The notes beneath the pieces are model-generated. The model was given only the letters and a program-made list of their open reading frames with translations. It did not search any database and was not told the origin of the DNA. A stretch of 64,000 bases of DNA, taken from contig NC_043012.1 of NCBI RefSeq assembly GCF_006345805.1, positions 17,546,001 to 17,610,000 of the forward strand, given 5' to 3'. This DNA is from Octopus sinensis (lineage: Eukaryota). Numbering within the stretch: the first letter of the stretch is position 1; every line of letters starts with the position of its first letter. Shown here in pieces: positions 39,266 to 53,751 of this stretch. The translations under genes and the position numbers were made by a program.

Positions 39266-39555
39266 TTCATATACACTCAACAGATTAGATTTTGGAAAAG
39301 AAAAAAAAATCCTAACATCGAGTTTCAACAATAACTTTAGATGCCAAGAACCCTCCTAGCTGTCCCTAATAACAATGGTTTTTGGAGTTGTACTAAATTG
39401 GGTTTTATGCCTATTTCCTCTATTCACTTGTTCATATGTTTAGGAGTAGTTCCCAAAACACCTATAACTACTGGGATAAATTTTACCTGCACATTCTATA
39501 GTTTCTGTAATTCAATAGCTAGCTCCTGATACTTTGCAACTTTTTCTATACCTCT
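39266..39555 (-). mobile_element. R4/Dong-type retrotransposon 3' end abutting (AAT)n on its sense strand
   Basis: Minus frame EKVAKYQELAIELQKL*NVQVKFIPVVIGVLGTTPKHMNK*IEEIGIKPNLVQLQKPLLLGTARRVLGI*, a short 3' UTR, then the repeat array. Confidence 0.85.
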
Positions 39556-39788
39556 CATATACATATAAAACTTGCAATAAGAATAACCAAGATAAATATA
39601 TGGATAAAGCAACGAGCCCTCATAAACTAAGTAACGTAGGGAGATATATTCTCAAAACAAAACAAATATATGTATGCATGTATGTATGTATGTTGTATGT
39701 ATGTATGTATGTATGTATGTATATATGTATGTATGTATATATATATATATTTATATATATATATATATATGTACGTATATACATATAT

Positions 39789-39864
<76 letters not shown>

Positions 39865-39869
39865 CAGGA

Positions 39870-40923
39870 TAAAACGATGGCAAATATTGGGCTTAGAAAA
39901 TCGGCGAGAAAATCAAAGATATTGAGACTAATGGATATAAATATCTGAGGATATTCAGAACAACTATGAAGAAAAAGAAGAAACAACAAAGGCTGTAAAG
40001 CAACTGAAATCCAAGCTAACGGATCATGGTAAAACGATAGTAAGAAAAGCCGCATCATGGCAAATATTGGGCTCGGCTAAACTGAAAAAGATAGGCAAAT
40101 ATAATCTCAACAATGGATGAGAAGCTCAGTAGTCAAAGCAGAGACTGATAGATTTTAATTCCAGCCCTAGATCAAAATCTCCGCACCAGAAATCACCCAA
40201 AACATATTATGAAAGAGAAACACAAGTAACTAAAAAATATATGGTGATGGAGAAGAAACAATAAATTATATAATCTCTGGCTGCCCAGTTCTGGCTAAGA
40301 AGTAATATATTCACAGACATGACAAAGTTGGGACCTTTATACACTGAAAGTTATGTAAACACTGGAGAAACAACAGAAAAAAGATGGTATAGGCACATGC
40401 CAGAAAAGGTCACAGAAAATGAGAAAACAACCATACTGTGGGATATGCTAATACACACAAATAGAGTGCTAATACACACTTCATCCGCCAACAGGCCAGA
40501 TGAAGATGTTAGAGATCACGAAGAAAAATATGCTTACTAATCGATATCTTAATACCATCAGATGACAATGTTTCTCTAAAAAAAAAAAAACAAAAAAAAC
40601 GGAGACATTTTCAAAACACATAAATCTGGAAATAAAGGTGAGTCGAATGTGGAGCTTAAAAACATAAACAAGTCCTATAATAAAAGGTGCATTAGGTATG
40701 ATGAAAAAGTATTAAGACACATACATAACCAAAACACCAGGACTTACAAGTATACATAACAAACAGAGGATAGTACTATTAGGCATCGCATACATCCAAC
40801 GTAAAGCTTTTTCAATACAGTGAAACTAAGAGCATCACCACAAACCACAGCATATACCCAAGGCACACACAACTGCGCTCGGTTGTGCAATGAAAGCACG
40901 TGAAAAAGATAAGACCACTGAGT
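39870..40923 (+). mobile_element. R4/Dong-type retrotransposon, ~1-kb 3' fragment followed by (AAT)n
   Basis: KPHHGKYWARLN, QWMRSSVVKAET, DQNLRTRNH, IISGCPVLAKK*YIHRHDKVG, WYRHMPEKVTENEKTTILWDM, ANRPD, IDILIPSDDNVS, GALG. The 3' UTR ends at AATAAT. Confidence 0.9.
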
Positions 40924-40930
40924 AATAATG

Positions 40931-40977
<47 letters not shown>

Positions 40978-41003
40978 TAATAATAATGATGATGATAGTC
41001 GTT

Positions 41004-41051
<48 letters not shown>

Positions 41052-41092
41052 ATAATAATAATAATAATAATAGTAATAATAATAACAATAAC

Positions 41093-41130
<38 letters not shown>

Positions 41131-41134
41131 CAAC

Positions 41135-41209
<75 letters not shown>
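40924..41209. repeat. (AAT)n/(GTA)n microsatellite array
   Basis: Directly visible. Confidence 0.95.
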
Positions 41210-41763
41210 GCCCTGATGCAGTACCAGGCAGTGGCTCTCATGGCTTCTGATCTTAACTGATTGGAAGTGTTATCATGTACATTGTTTTGTCTTGGTATAA
41301 AAGATGGGCTACAGCAAATATTCTGCTCAATACCACAGATTTGCTTGTCAGTTGTTTGACCTTAACCAGTTGAGCATGTCCCTTAGTGGCTGACGATATG
41401 TGCATCTCTGATCACGAGCAGAAGTAGTGGGGGAACATCATAGCCATGTGTTGAGAGGGATTCTTTGGGGTTTGAATAGTTCACCTCTGGAAACATGGGT
41501 GGTTCTTTCAACATCCTTAAACAACCCTTATTCAGGGACCGTTTGAGCGGGATGGGCTACTCAACCTGAAGAAAATTCTAACTGGGCCCCACCTGCAAGG
41601 TCATGTGCCGTTTATCTTGATATGAGATCACCATGTCGCGCACATATGGTTGTGATGCATGTGCCTGGTGTACCCTTATCAGACGGGTAGTCATGATGGG
41701 TATTTTGGGCTTCGTATATTATACCCCAGTGTCACTTTGATGGCATGAACTGCTCTCTCACTC
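41210..41763. mobile_element. 554-bp interspersed element embedded in (AAT)n, copy 1
   Basis: GCCCTGATGCAGTACC...CTGCTCTCTCACTC flanked by AAT repeats. Roughly 95% identical (by eye) to 60598-61150. Confidence 0.9.
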
Positions 41764-41781
41764 AATAATAATAATAATAAC

Positions 41782-41830
<49 letters not shown>

Positions 41831-42048
41831 TGATAATGATAATAATAGTAATAATAATGATAAGAATGAGTTGTTCTTATTATGAGGAAAGAGATTATGA
41901 AGATAATTTTCCAATTCGCATGTACATATCTATTTAAATATGATCTGTGTTATTTTGTATTCTTTGCTATTATTATGTGTTTTTTTATGTCATACGGCGA
42001 TTGTGCAGAGAATGCGCTGTGTTCGTGAATGTGTTTAACAAGTGTGGA

Positions 42049-42076
42049 TGACGTCAGTGCAAGATGGGTGACGTAA
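42049..42076 (+). promoter_or_regulatory. Paired CRE/ATF-type sites 20 bp apart
   Basis: TGACGTCA at 42049-56 and TGACGTAA at 42069-76, ~110 bp upstream of the ATG at 42188. Function untested. Confidence 0.4.
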
Positions 42077-42187
42077 GCGTTAGGCGTGGTCTGTAGTGGC
42101 TAAAATATAGTGAGAAATGGCATAGATTTCATATTTTTGACTGGCCATTCAATACCAAATGCCTTACTGCCGTCCACATTACAATAA

Positions 42188-42875
42188 ATGTATAAGAATT
42201 TCTTCACCGACAAAGTCGAGAAGTTCAGAAATAGCATGAGCACCAGTAGCACCAATAATAACCGATATTGGAACCTTACGTTTCAGTATCCTCAGCGGTC
42301 GGTTGCAATTCAGGGGGTAGCCGAAAATTTCGCTTTGAGTTATCAGGATGAAATGCCGAAGACAAAAGGTCTACTATTCCTGTCACAAGTAGCATTGACA
42401 CTCAAAGGAACTGAAGAGACCAACTGTCGGTCACAGTGTTATGGATGCAAAACTGAACTCGAAAAAATAAATTACTTACAGAAGACATACGAATAAAGTG
42501 AGCGGGGTTTCGATTCATTATTGGAAGGAACCCAAACTGAGAAGCTTACTCCACTACTTCGAGAAACATGAAGTTCTCGTTATCGAATTTCTCCAACGAG
42601 GAACTAATGGACTTTCTGAAGGAAATCGGAATCGAGAAGATATTTGCTTTAGAAAAAAAATATTCAACGCAGAACAAAGAACATTCTGTAGCGATAATAT
42701 TTTCATTGCAGATGACTACGAAAACGTAATCAACTTTTTATTGGGGAATGTATCTGAGCTTTCAGTAGAATGTGGATCCTCTTTATGCCTATCACAGTGC
42801 TTAAATTTCTCACAGGACCGTTTGGAACTAAACAATCAGTATGGCATATATGTATGTCCTTCTGACTTTCCCTAA
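42188..42875 (+). pseudogene. Possible disrupted ORF or exon of an unknown protein
   Basis: Microsatellite-free complex segment with near-contiguous open frames (42188-42496, 42498-42875 and an overlapping MKFSLSNFSNEELMDFLKEIGIEK frame). No family recognised. Confidence 0.25.
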
Positions 42876-43414
42876 CTAGTGGGTTCTCGCCTATTTGCTG
42901 TGATACTTAAAAATTTGCTTTGAAACTTTAAAAAAAAAGTATCTGTTTTAATTATTGTGCATTCCATTACATATATTAATTATGCATGTTAAGTGTATAT
43001 GAAAGTATTAACAGCCTTTTATATTATGCAATACCTTTATCCAGTTCTTGTTTTTCTGTAATGTCTTTCGGCAATCACTAAGATTTAAACCCCTATGGAT
43101 AACGTTCTGATTACATGTTTCAAAACTCCCTGGCAATAATGGAAGCAAGGTTTTATTGCTCTTTTAATTAAAAAAATGGTAAATCGGTGGACAAAAATGC
43201 AGAGTGGTTTGTTGTGACGCCTATTTAAAGTCTATATTCAAATCATGCCACGGTGAATTTTTATTATTCATTCAATATTGCCGGAGTAACAGCATCCATT
43301 AAAACACTGGGGTCGATTTCATCGATTATACACGCCTTCAAAATTTATGGCCTCCTGCCAATTTTAGAAATTATTATCATTGGAAAAAAAAAGAAAGTAA
43401 TAATAATAATAATG

Positions 43415-43481
<67 letters not shown>

Positions 43482-43664
43482 TTTTATTATTATTATTATC
43501 ATTAATATTATAGTGCATTGCCAAAATTTATAATTTTGGAATCTGCTTTTGTCACGTTCCTGGCAATAATGTCGGTTAATCCTCTTTAGGCACTTTGAGG
43601 ACATTGCAAAAACGAAATACAAACTACACAAGCTAAACAATGAACGCACACACGCACGCACGCA

Positions 43665-43745
<81 letters not shown>

Positions 43746-46700
43746 ACGATTTCTAGATACACTCTTATTTCCCGTTCATGAAATATGTTTACTGTGTTTT
43801 GTTAGGGAACTATTAAATTGATTAAATTCTTAGATTAGAGGGAGACTTTACTGTGAATACGATTATTTACACGTGAAAACATTTGTTCATGTTTCCATTT
43901 AAACTACATCGGTCGTCATCAGGTGTCTTATTATTTTATGTTGTATTTTGGAATGGATTCGAACTAAGAGCGTGTATTTTAAACTAATGGCAGCCACGTT
44001 TTTAATCAATAGGCTAGTGATTTATGTACGGATACTTATAGTATAAATACCAATAGTATAATTGTGCTGAATTGATTCGTTAGTGAAAATAGAATGTCTA
44101 AGTTTTTCAGCATTTAAGTACCTGAACGAAGAAACGCGATCATGTTCTATTCAGGAGCATTCCTTCCCCTGAGCTTCTCCCGACGGATATTGTGTACTTA
44201 GAACCATATTGTGCATTGTGTATTTCCCTTTTAAATCATGTACAGTGTCTATGAGGTTGATCTAATTGCAATTTCTGTCAGTTTTGATGACTGTGTAGCA
44301 GTTTCCTAATGAGTTTCAAGACATCTTGTTACTTATAGACAGATCTATCGTCTCACCAAATGAAGAGCCTCCCATGGCTCGTATCTTTAAAGTATTCCGT
44401 ATCTTTAGAAAAGATTCTCTTATTTCACTGTTCCATATCATCATTACTCTAAATGTCAATCATGGTTGATGGGGCATATACGGTGGTTCGTTAATTTATA
44501 GATCTGTTTTAATATCCAGCGTTGAAACATTCCACAGAATATTGCGCTTATCTGTTAATAACCGAGAGCACGTGAGTGAAGGAGAACAAAGAAAATAAGA
44601 GAGAAAGAGAGAGAAAGAGAGATAGGGAGAGAGAGAGGAAATGAGAGAGAGTGATAGAGCAAGTGAAAGAGAATGCAAGAAAGAGAAGACTAAGGATGTA
44701 AAAGATACTTTGGTTGATAGCAAGGGGAAGAAGTGGTCTGAGTGATTCTTCAAACTATCTAATTTTATAAAACATTAATGACTTAAACCCCTTAGCTCCA
44801 TGTTTGCTTCGCTGGGTTGACCATACCAGGCGAACTATACCAGTATCAGCGCTGAAAGTTGGTAGTGAAATTAAATTTAATTAAGAAACCTCATTAATAC
44901 AGCAGACTCGCCACCGCATTATCAATACACTAAACGTTTGCTGTCTTCAGTCACAGGAAATTGATAAATGAATGCGTTACACTGAAATGTGTTGCTAAAA
45001 CGTATTGGCATTTCAGTTTTACTTTGACCGTTATATACGCCATGATATCTCATATTGAATCTTAATAAAATCAGTAAATGGAGGAAAGATAGTCAGAGGT
45101 AGATGTATTATTCTATGGCTGATATTTTGAAGGATACAATAGACAATACAATAAAATATTTTCTAAAAGTGGCATTTATAGCTAAATGAACCGAAGCCTA
45201 ATTTTATAACCGCAGTAAGAAATACATCAAATTCAATTACAATAATCGATGATTTAAAGGAGAAGTTAAGAATAAAGTGTATTGTGATATCTTTTTGCAG
45301 CATCATTGCAAAGAGTGTTTCGTAATATTCATACATGATCTCATTCTGTAAATTGAAATAATCATTTTTGGTGATGATATAGTAATTTGACATATTATTC
45401 GTTTGTAGAAACAAAAACATTAGGAGAAAAAGATAGAAAGAAAAAAAAAACTTTGAATGAATTTTCGTTTCAAAATAAGTGAAATTTATATGAAATAACC
45501 ATTTCAGTTAATGATGATAACTCGCCTGCATTAGAGTATATATATTTCAATGGAAATAGAAAGTAAGTAGAATACAAATAGTTTCAGATTAAACTGGCAA
45601 ATATATTTACTGTTAATGATTCCAAAATGTTCTTTCCTAGTGAAGCTTATGGCTCATTGCTTCGTAAGCTATTTAACACAAACGCGACTAGCAAAGACCA
45701 AAGATAGCTGAAATGGTTTTCTAGTCACACCAAATATAATTTAGATGTTCTAGGTGAATGGTTTAATAGGAGACAAGCTCTCCAGAGTTATGTAGCAATC
45801 TATGATGAATCAGCCAGGAAATTAACCTTATTTCACGGAATGGTAAACAAATACGTACATGCCTCACAGAATATGAAGAAATGCGCAAATATTGTTATTA
45901 GTTTTATGCAGTTGAATGCGTTCTAATATACTTAACTACCAAGTGATATTGTCATTTCTTACAGCTCTTGTTGACAGACAATATTTACAAGTTACAGTCT
46001 TAACATGGCATTTCTTCATACAGCTCGCTGTCTCTACTACGTCCACTGACACAAAACATTTATCAACCGATAGATGAAACATTTCCATGTTGTAGTGTCC
46101 AACTCTAATCGCATTTTCGCATGAAGGCCGACGATATATATAGAAGCAGTATCGCCAGCTCATTGGCTTCAATGATGGAGTCTCCCAGGAACAGACAACT
46201 TCAACTGATGGAATATCATAATATAATTAACTCCCATCAACAGAGCCATTACTACACTTGATCCACAGCAACATCGAGTTACAATAATAATAACATTTTA
46301 CATTAAGGGTTGGAAATTATAGTGAAGGCGATGTAGTCGATGTAAATAACGTTGTGTATTACTGGTAATTATTTTACCGAACCAGGAGGGATGCTAACTC
46401 TGAAGAGAAGAGCTGTAAATAAAACTTAAATATACTTATCTAAGCCTGTTCAATTTCTTCCATTCCGCTGCTTTAATAATGATGTCTACATTTGGCAAAA
46501 AGCCATTATTTCTCAGGTTTGTACGTCGCCGGTGTAATCAATTCCAGAACTTAGCTGGTTCTTATTTTCTCGGCTCTGAAGATATGAAAGGAAATTAAAT
46601 CTTCACGAGATTTGAAAACGGTATGTAAAGGAACGTAACTAAATATAACACGTTATTTGGTCCAAAGATCTCTCAATTCAACCACGTTGATGGATATTGG

Positions 46701-47199
46701 ATTAACAATAAAGAATTATACATTTATTTTGTAATAAGATCTACAAAACGAATAAAAGCTTTGAAGACAGAGTGCCTGATGTTAATAGGATCCAAATAAA
46801 CCCTAACGTTTCGGTTAAAACCCTGTAATTCACAAGTTACAGTCTTACTCTTATTCATTATCTGCCACTTGTCCGTACATGCCATCAATAGTGCCTGAAA
46901 ATTTCAAACTGACACTTCTGGGAATATTCTTAATTGGCACCTAGTTCGCGCATACACTAACTAAGATAGTGGCTAAAAAAGAATGTTATAGAAAAATGCA
47001 ATTTGTAGAGCATAACACTACGCTCAACATTTTCCCATTAATACTGCTGCTGCTCGGTATTTCCCTTCTCTGAGGTATTGTTAAAGATATTTTACATCCC
47101 TTTGCCTTTTATGCTGTAAGTTATAAAACAATGTTTCTGGTTGGCCATGGAAATGCCTGTTTTTACTTCACTCTTCTTCGCACACAGTTTCTCAAATAG

Positions 47200-47610
47200 C
47201 AGCCGAAATCTCATCAACTACATAATGGTGTATTTTCATTTCATCTTTTGCCTCTTTCAGTCATTGGACTGTGGCCAAGCTGGGGCACCGCCTTCAGTGA
47301 GTTATCGGACAAATCGTCCACAGTATTTATTATTTTAAGTCTAATACATACTCCATTGATCACTTTCGCCGAAGCGCTAAGCTATTCAGGCGTAAACAAA
47401 GCAATACTGCTTGCCAAGCGGTGTGTCGCGTGACAGCAGAAAGATACACGCACATATAAACGACTAGATTCCATATAGTTTCTATCTACCAAAATCAATA
47501 ACAAGAGATTGCTCTACCCGGCTCATAGTTAAAGGTGCTTGTCCCAAGTGCAACGTATAGGGAACGAACCCAAACTCACGTTGTTGCAGAGCAAAATACA
47601 TAGCCACAAA
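47200..47610 (-). mobile_element. SINE family A, decayed
   Basis: TTTCAGTCATTGGACTGTGGCCAAGCTGGGGCACCGCC body and CTTGTCCCAAGTGC head remnant. Confidence 0.7.
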
Positions 47611-47965
47611 AAATTCCCATTAGTTTCATACAATTATTATTATATTTTTGTAAAGTACTCTTCATCCGAATGAGTGCATTAAACTTATTCTGTATTCTCA
47701 TTCTCTATAACATACAGCATCGTACGAAGAACTAAGTTCTTCATGCGTAGCGCTAAATAAATGCTGAAGTGCCATTTTGAACGCCAGAACATTAGCTAGG
47801 CTGTATTTTCCCAAAAATAGCTGTTCATCTATTGAATAGTTATTTAATTTAGTATTTTCAAAAGCATCGTAGTTATTAAAACTGCGATTTTATTCACATA
47901 CATCATTTTAACTCAGTAGATCATTTATTTCCTCTCATAAAAAACAGATGAAATAGTTTATAAAT

Positions 47966-48198
47966 AGGGCGGCGAGCTGGCAGAGTCGTTAGCACGCCGG
48001 GTGAAATGCTTAGCGGTATTTCGTCGGCCGTTACGTTCTGAGTTCAAATTCCGCCGAGGTCAACTTTGCTTTTCATCCTTTCGGGGTCGATTAAATAAGT
48101 ACCAGTTAAGCACTGGGGTTGATATATTCGACTTAATCCGTTTGTCTGTCCTTGTTTGTCCTCTCTGTGTTTAGCCCCGTGTGGGTAGTAAAGAAATA
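47966..48198 (+). mobile_element. SINE family B with 16-bp TSD
   Basis: GAAATAGTTTATAAAT at 47950-47965 and 48199-48214. Confidence 0.93.
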
Positions 48199-49278
48199 GA
48201 AATAGTTTATAAATGTGTTTTGCGCACGATTTCTGTGTCGAAAACAAGGGGTTTTCCTTTAAAAGGATTGTACAAATCACACGCTCATGGTTTGAATAAA
48301 CATCTTTATTCGATGTAATTTCTCAGCTGTTTAACCGAACCAGCCCGGTGTTATAGGCCATTTAATGCTGCACAAAACATTTAGCTCTATCCTACTTACA
48401 GACACATCCATCCATCCATCTATCCATCCATCCATCCATCCATCCATCCATACATACATACATACGTACATGCATATACATACATACACACACACATATA
48501 TATACACATATGCAACATATGTAATGTACTTAAATTTTGTTATTCGTTCTCTTGCTTTTGTTCATTTCTTAAGACTTTCTACCAATGTATCAAATCATTT
48601 TAAGTACTACACTTCGTATGAAGCGTCAGCCATCTTGATTTTTTCTCCCCGTCCCTCGGTTCTGAACTGTCCGCTCTTAGGTCTTATTGGCTTTGAATTG
48701 CGACCAATGCGTCTGTAACATTTTTTATTATCTAATGAAGGCTGTTGGACTCCACAGAAGTCATTTTTATCTCCAGCAAGAGCTGATTCATGCTTGTCTG
48801 GCTTCTACTCTCTGATCTGATGCAGATCTCAGCGTCATTGAAGCTTACAAACCATCACACAACAAGAATCATTGGACCTCGTGGCGGAAATGAAAATACG
48901 AGTATTCTAATTCATATCTTTGAAGGCATAATATTCTTCTCCGGTTGCTGGCATGCTAGTTGCTTCCTTTTAGTGTCTTTAGCTCACTTTTTAAGATCCT
49001 AGCTCACTGAAGGTATTATTTTATTGAGTTCCTTCACTCCAAAGTGTTCGCGTCTGTTTGTCTGCCACATTTGAAAGAGGTTTTGATGTAATTGTGGAAA
49101 TCAAATATATGGAGACGCCCATGCCACGGTTTTAGTTTCAAAATATCTTTAAACACTTGTAGATTTAGCGAATCACATTATAATGTAAGCCACTCAGAAG
49201 AAGAAGTATATGATCTGCTTTTTTTTCCAAGATCATAGTCACTTGCACAGACTTGATTAAATCTCACTTAATAGAGCA

Positions 49279-49550
49279 AGAAACAAACACAGGGGAAGTG
49301 TATGTATGTATGTATGTATGTATGTATGTATGTATGTATGTATGTATGTATGTATGTATGTATGTATGTATGTATCTATCTATTTGTGTATGTATGTGTG
49401 TATGTACGTATGGGTGTTTGTATATATGTATGTTTGCGTGCATGCATGTGTGTATGTATGTTTGCATGTATGTATGTATGTATGTATGTATGTATATATG
49501 TATGTATATATGCAGGTATGTATGTATATATATATATACATACACACACG
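49279..49550. repeat. (GTAT)n tetranucleotide microsatellite
   Basis: Directly visible. Confidence 0.93.
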
Positions 49551-52500
49551 TATCTGTGTTGGCAGATTTCTACATAACTTGGGTCATACACTTTTTGATG
49601 ATGCACTTTCATTGTGAAATGATGGAATCTTTCGACTTATGATTAACCTACGTATGTGGTTTGTGAGAGGAGGTTTCTTTCATTATGCCAGCCGTTTTAG
49701 TATTAGGAAAAGAAACATTAATGCCTCTTTGCAATGTTTGCTCCCTATTTGCATTTAAAGCATGTAGGTAGTCTTTATCTTACTGAGATTTTTCTCTTTC
49801 TCTTAGGTTCGTAAATAGCATTTTCATATAATTTACTTTTGTCGTTTTATAAAATTAACCTGTTAACATAGGTCAGATGTTTTGGTAAAAATTCAATATT
49901 TTTTTTACTCTTTATACTTTTTGAATTGTGTCTCAATAATAATATATGTATTTGGGGCTGTAAAAATGTTTGCCTGTGAAAAGAGTGGATTAGCAGGAAA
50001 ATTGGCGGCGCATGAATGATAATATTTTTTAATGAATCTAGAAAACTCCTCGGCAAAGAGTAGTTGATTATTAATATTTCAGTTAAACATGGAATGGCGA
50101 TAAAAAAAGATATTGCTTTTAGTTTCATTGAAACGAAAAGGTATCGAATCAACTCTTCAGATATTAACCCCACCTATGGAAACAAATGTATAGGAAACTT
50201 TCTATAGTTACTCTCTCTAGAATAAAATATAGTGAATGATGGCAGAAATCTGAACCAATCGTTTATGATTTGAGATTTATCATCTCCTTGAAAATTTAGC
50301 TACTTTCCTCTCATATACTTCCAACCAAGGTTGGGGAAAGTAACTCGGTTGCAGTTTAAATTCCCCATAATGCTCTGGAAATCTAACATTCTTGAGCTCT
50401 TGATACTTAGAAACACCCAGCAATACTCAGGTCTTCTTAACTGCTTGACTTTAAAATGTTTTACCGGAAAGTGCACAACATTTAACTTACCTTTCTGTAC
50501 TCTCTGCGTACAAACCTAAAAAATGATGTCTTTTAGTCATTATTTTTCAGCGGAATGGAAGAAATTGAACAGGCTTGCGATAAGTATTTTTACGTTTTAC
50601 CACATGTGGGAATCTATGGGGGAAAGAAAAATGCTCCTTCACGTTTAGCCACCTTATTAATATCATTGTCAAGCGCACACTATCCTTCTCCGTAATTTTC
50701 CTTACTTGTTTTCAATCCGAAACCCCCTCAAGTGGGGTATTATTTATTAAATTCAAATTCGAAATCATTCTCCAATAATTTTAGGTTTCCAGGTTACTAT
50801 TCTCTATTATTCCAGATTTAATTAATTGCGTAAACTTTTGTTGCTATCCCTTGAAATTTTCCTGCCAGTTTAAATGTGTCACAAATTACCAGAAACTGAT
50901 ATGCACGCGCTTTAAATCGTGAACCCGTGTACAACCGATAACAGGTTGATATATTTGTTCTTTACCCAGGTGATTGTGAGGTGACGCCATTGTACTTTAA
51001 ACATTTCGATGTTGATCAATCGTCAGTTTTAGGAACAACTCCAAAGGATGTCGAAACAGTTAAGTTTTCTAAGAATTATGAATATTCAAAATTTGGTTTG
51101 GAATATAAAGATTTGTTATCGATAATAACAATGCACAGTTTTGGCGTTTCTTGTTGACAAATTGATGGTTTCTGCAGCAGATATGTGAGTTCTGACATTG
51201 CCACATGGACATACATTTCTGCAAGAAAGGCGATATACTTGCTATTTTATCGATCATATAAGTATAAAAGGCAAGTTCGACCTCACAGAGAATATTGATT
51301 TATCCTTTGAACAGAGATCTGCTTATTTGTAATGTATAAGAGAGCAAAAGTGTTAGCATTAACAAGGATAGAGATTTTCCATTATTTTCTTGGATCAGAA
51401 ACTGACCACCAAAAACAAATGAAAACTTGAACACAAACACACAACAGAAATATTACCATGGAAATACACAAGAAATTGACCACCAGCTCTTCCAAAGTTT
51501 TATCCACTAAAACAAGTCAGAAATTGACCTCAAGTACAATATAAACGGATTACTGAAACACATCAATAACTGACTGCAAGCACACATCAGAAGTTGGCTA
51601 ACAAAACATATCAAAAATCGAAAACCACAAGCGTTCTCTGGATGTTACATAATTTATTTTTCCTCACCCGATCAAGCGAATGGTTTTCATCGGAAGGGTG
51701 ACACATATGCATCCTGCTACTTCCATTGTCTAATCTCTTTAATTCCTCTATCTTTCATTGACCCAGTCAATAAAAGTATAAAAAGTTCCACGATTAGGTA
51801 CACGTCTTGCAGTATACAAACATTTCTGGTCAAGTTCTGAGTCTGTACTGAGTTCCATTCGTTGCTCAGTCTTCATATTAGAAGTCTCATGTAAAGTAAT
51901 TTACCCCATCTTAATTAAAATCTACCAAACATTAAACTGAACAAAATTACAAACTTTATCTATTTAAATTGTTAAACTAATCACAACGTTCAGCTAATAA
52001 CGAATAATATGCATTTTTACAAACTAAAAAAATATTAAGAAACTCATCATGTTTTAGCTAACAGAAGTATTAACAGAGGTAAAATAAGAGTATTATGATG
52101 AAAAAGATGGCGGCAAGTATCACGATGAAGATGAGTAAAAAGAAAGGAGGAAATATGAAGAGGAAATAAATGAAGTGGAAGAGAAAAGGTTATAACCTTA
52201 AATTGAGAGTGTTCAATTGAGACGGATGTTACTGAATACGAACTCATTATCACCTTGCTGAGATTTGAGTGTCATAGCGTAACCCTTCAGCCATCTTATG
52301 ATCTCAATTGCTAGTAACAGTATGAAGATTGTGGTAAAGGTCACCTTGGTGAGACTGAGTGAAAGAAAACATCAAAAATGAAGCGAACGGGGTGGCGGTG
52401 AAATAATTGAAATGATTATATGTAGTAGAATGGAAGTAAACTTCGACGGGGGTATAATTAAACATGCTGGTTTGTTAATGAAAAAAATATCAAAAAGTTC

Positions 52501-53751
52501 ATTAAATCTAAGAAACTTGCATTGCGAAGGAAACAAATTAGATCTATTGAATTAATTTTAATGAACACTATACCTGAGCTGAAAATATGAGTCAAAGAAC
52601 AGCATGACATTTAAGTAATCTGAAATATCAAAGCAACACCGACTGACTTTATACAAAAGGTAAAAAAGTAACATTTTGTAATATAATTATCGAAAAGGAG
52701 AATGACATTTGATGAAATTGAAGTAATTCGCAGAATACCAAACGTATGAAATGGAAATGCTATGAGGGAAGAGTGTTCAAAACTAAAAGATATTCTTCGT
52801 CAGGACAGGAAGGACTGAGGTTATAGCATAAATTGTGATCTCCTGATGTGACCAATTAAGAAGGAAATACCTATTAGTTTTACTCAACGTACGAACCATG
52901 GCTTCATATGCTGACTTTATTGAACCAAAGGACAAACTTTAAAGGAAATCTCTCTAAAAAAAAAAAAGAAAAAAAAAGAAATGATTAAATCAGGAAAAAC
53001 AAAAATCAAAAATAGTAAATGATGAATGTTTGGAATTAATTACCTTCAAATGATCTATTGATTCTTAGCGTTGGCACAAAGTAACAAATTAGTTGGGAAC
53101 AAATTTAGTAGAGGATTGCACGTGTGTGGAACTTTAACGATTATGGATATGAACTAAGAAGGTATCGGATTATAATTAAGTACCATAGGGTATTCTGTGT
53201 TCTAGCATTTCAAATGCTAGATATTTCAAATGAAATAAATATTCTTTATGTAGACACAAGTCACATAATTATAGGTGTTGATTTTGTTCTTATTATTGAC
53301 ATTTTAGGTCTCATCTAGCAGACCTTAAATCAAAGACATTCCAACCGTGTTTAAGTTATGCGCAAAGAACTCGAGAAGTATTATCTTATAATTACTTTTG
53401 TAAGAAGACGTGCTGTAAATTCAAAGAAACTTAGATACTATTTCTAGCAAATCAAAAGGTTACGAGGAGGTTCCTTCTGTATATTGGGATGTAGAAAGGC
53501 ATAATGCCAAGTCAATGTTGTCAATAATGATATCATTGTAACAAATGAGAGAAGAGTAATTCGTACTTAAACTAACTGAAATAATATTCTTAAAGAAACT
53601 TGATTTGCATTCTTGTAGTTTCGGATTCAGCACAACGACGTGGTAAGTTGGTCAAATTTCTTCCCCTTGCCCTAGAACCGATCAGTGATTTGTGAGCGGA
53701 TTTCATAAATGGAAACTGTGTTGAAGCCCCTCATATATATATTTGGGCGAA

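Noticed and set aside
41386-41500. CTGACGA and a later GAAAC within the 554-bp element (same in copy 2)
   Set aside because: No stem II closing pair or stem I/III complementarity found, so not a hammerhead.
45936-46172. Cys-rich 78-aa minus ORF, superficially PAN/apple-like
   Set aside because: Cys spacing does not convincingly fit and no acceptor site is supported.
49847-50173. 108-aa minus ORF
   Set aside because: Composition is that of AT-rich non-coding DNA (I/L/F/K-rich), with no motif.
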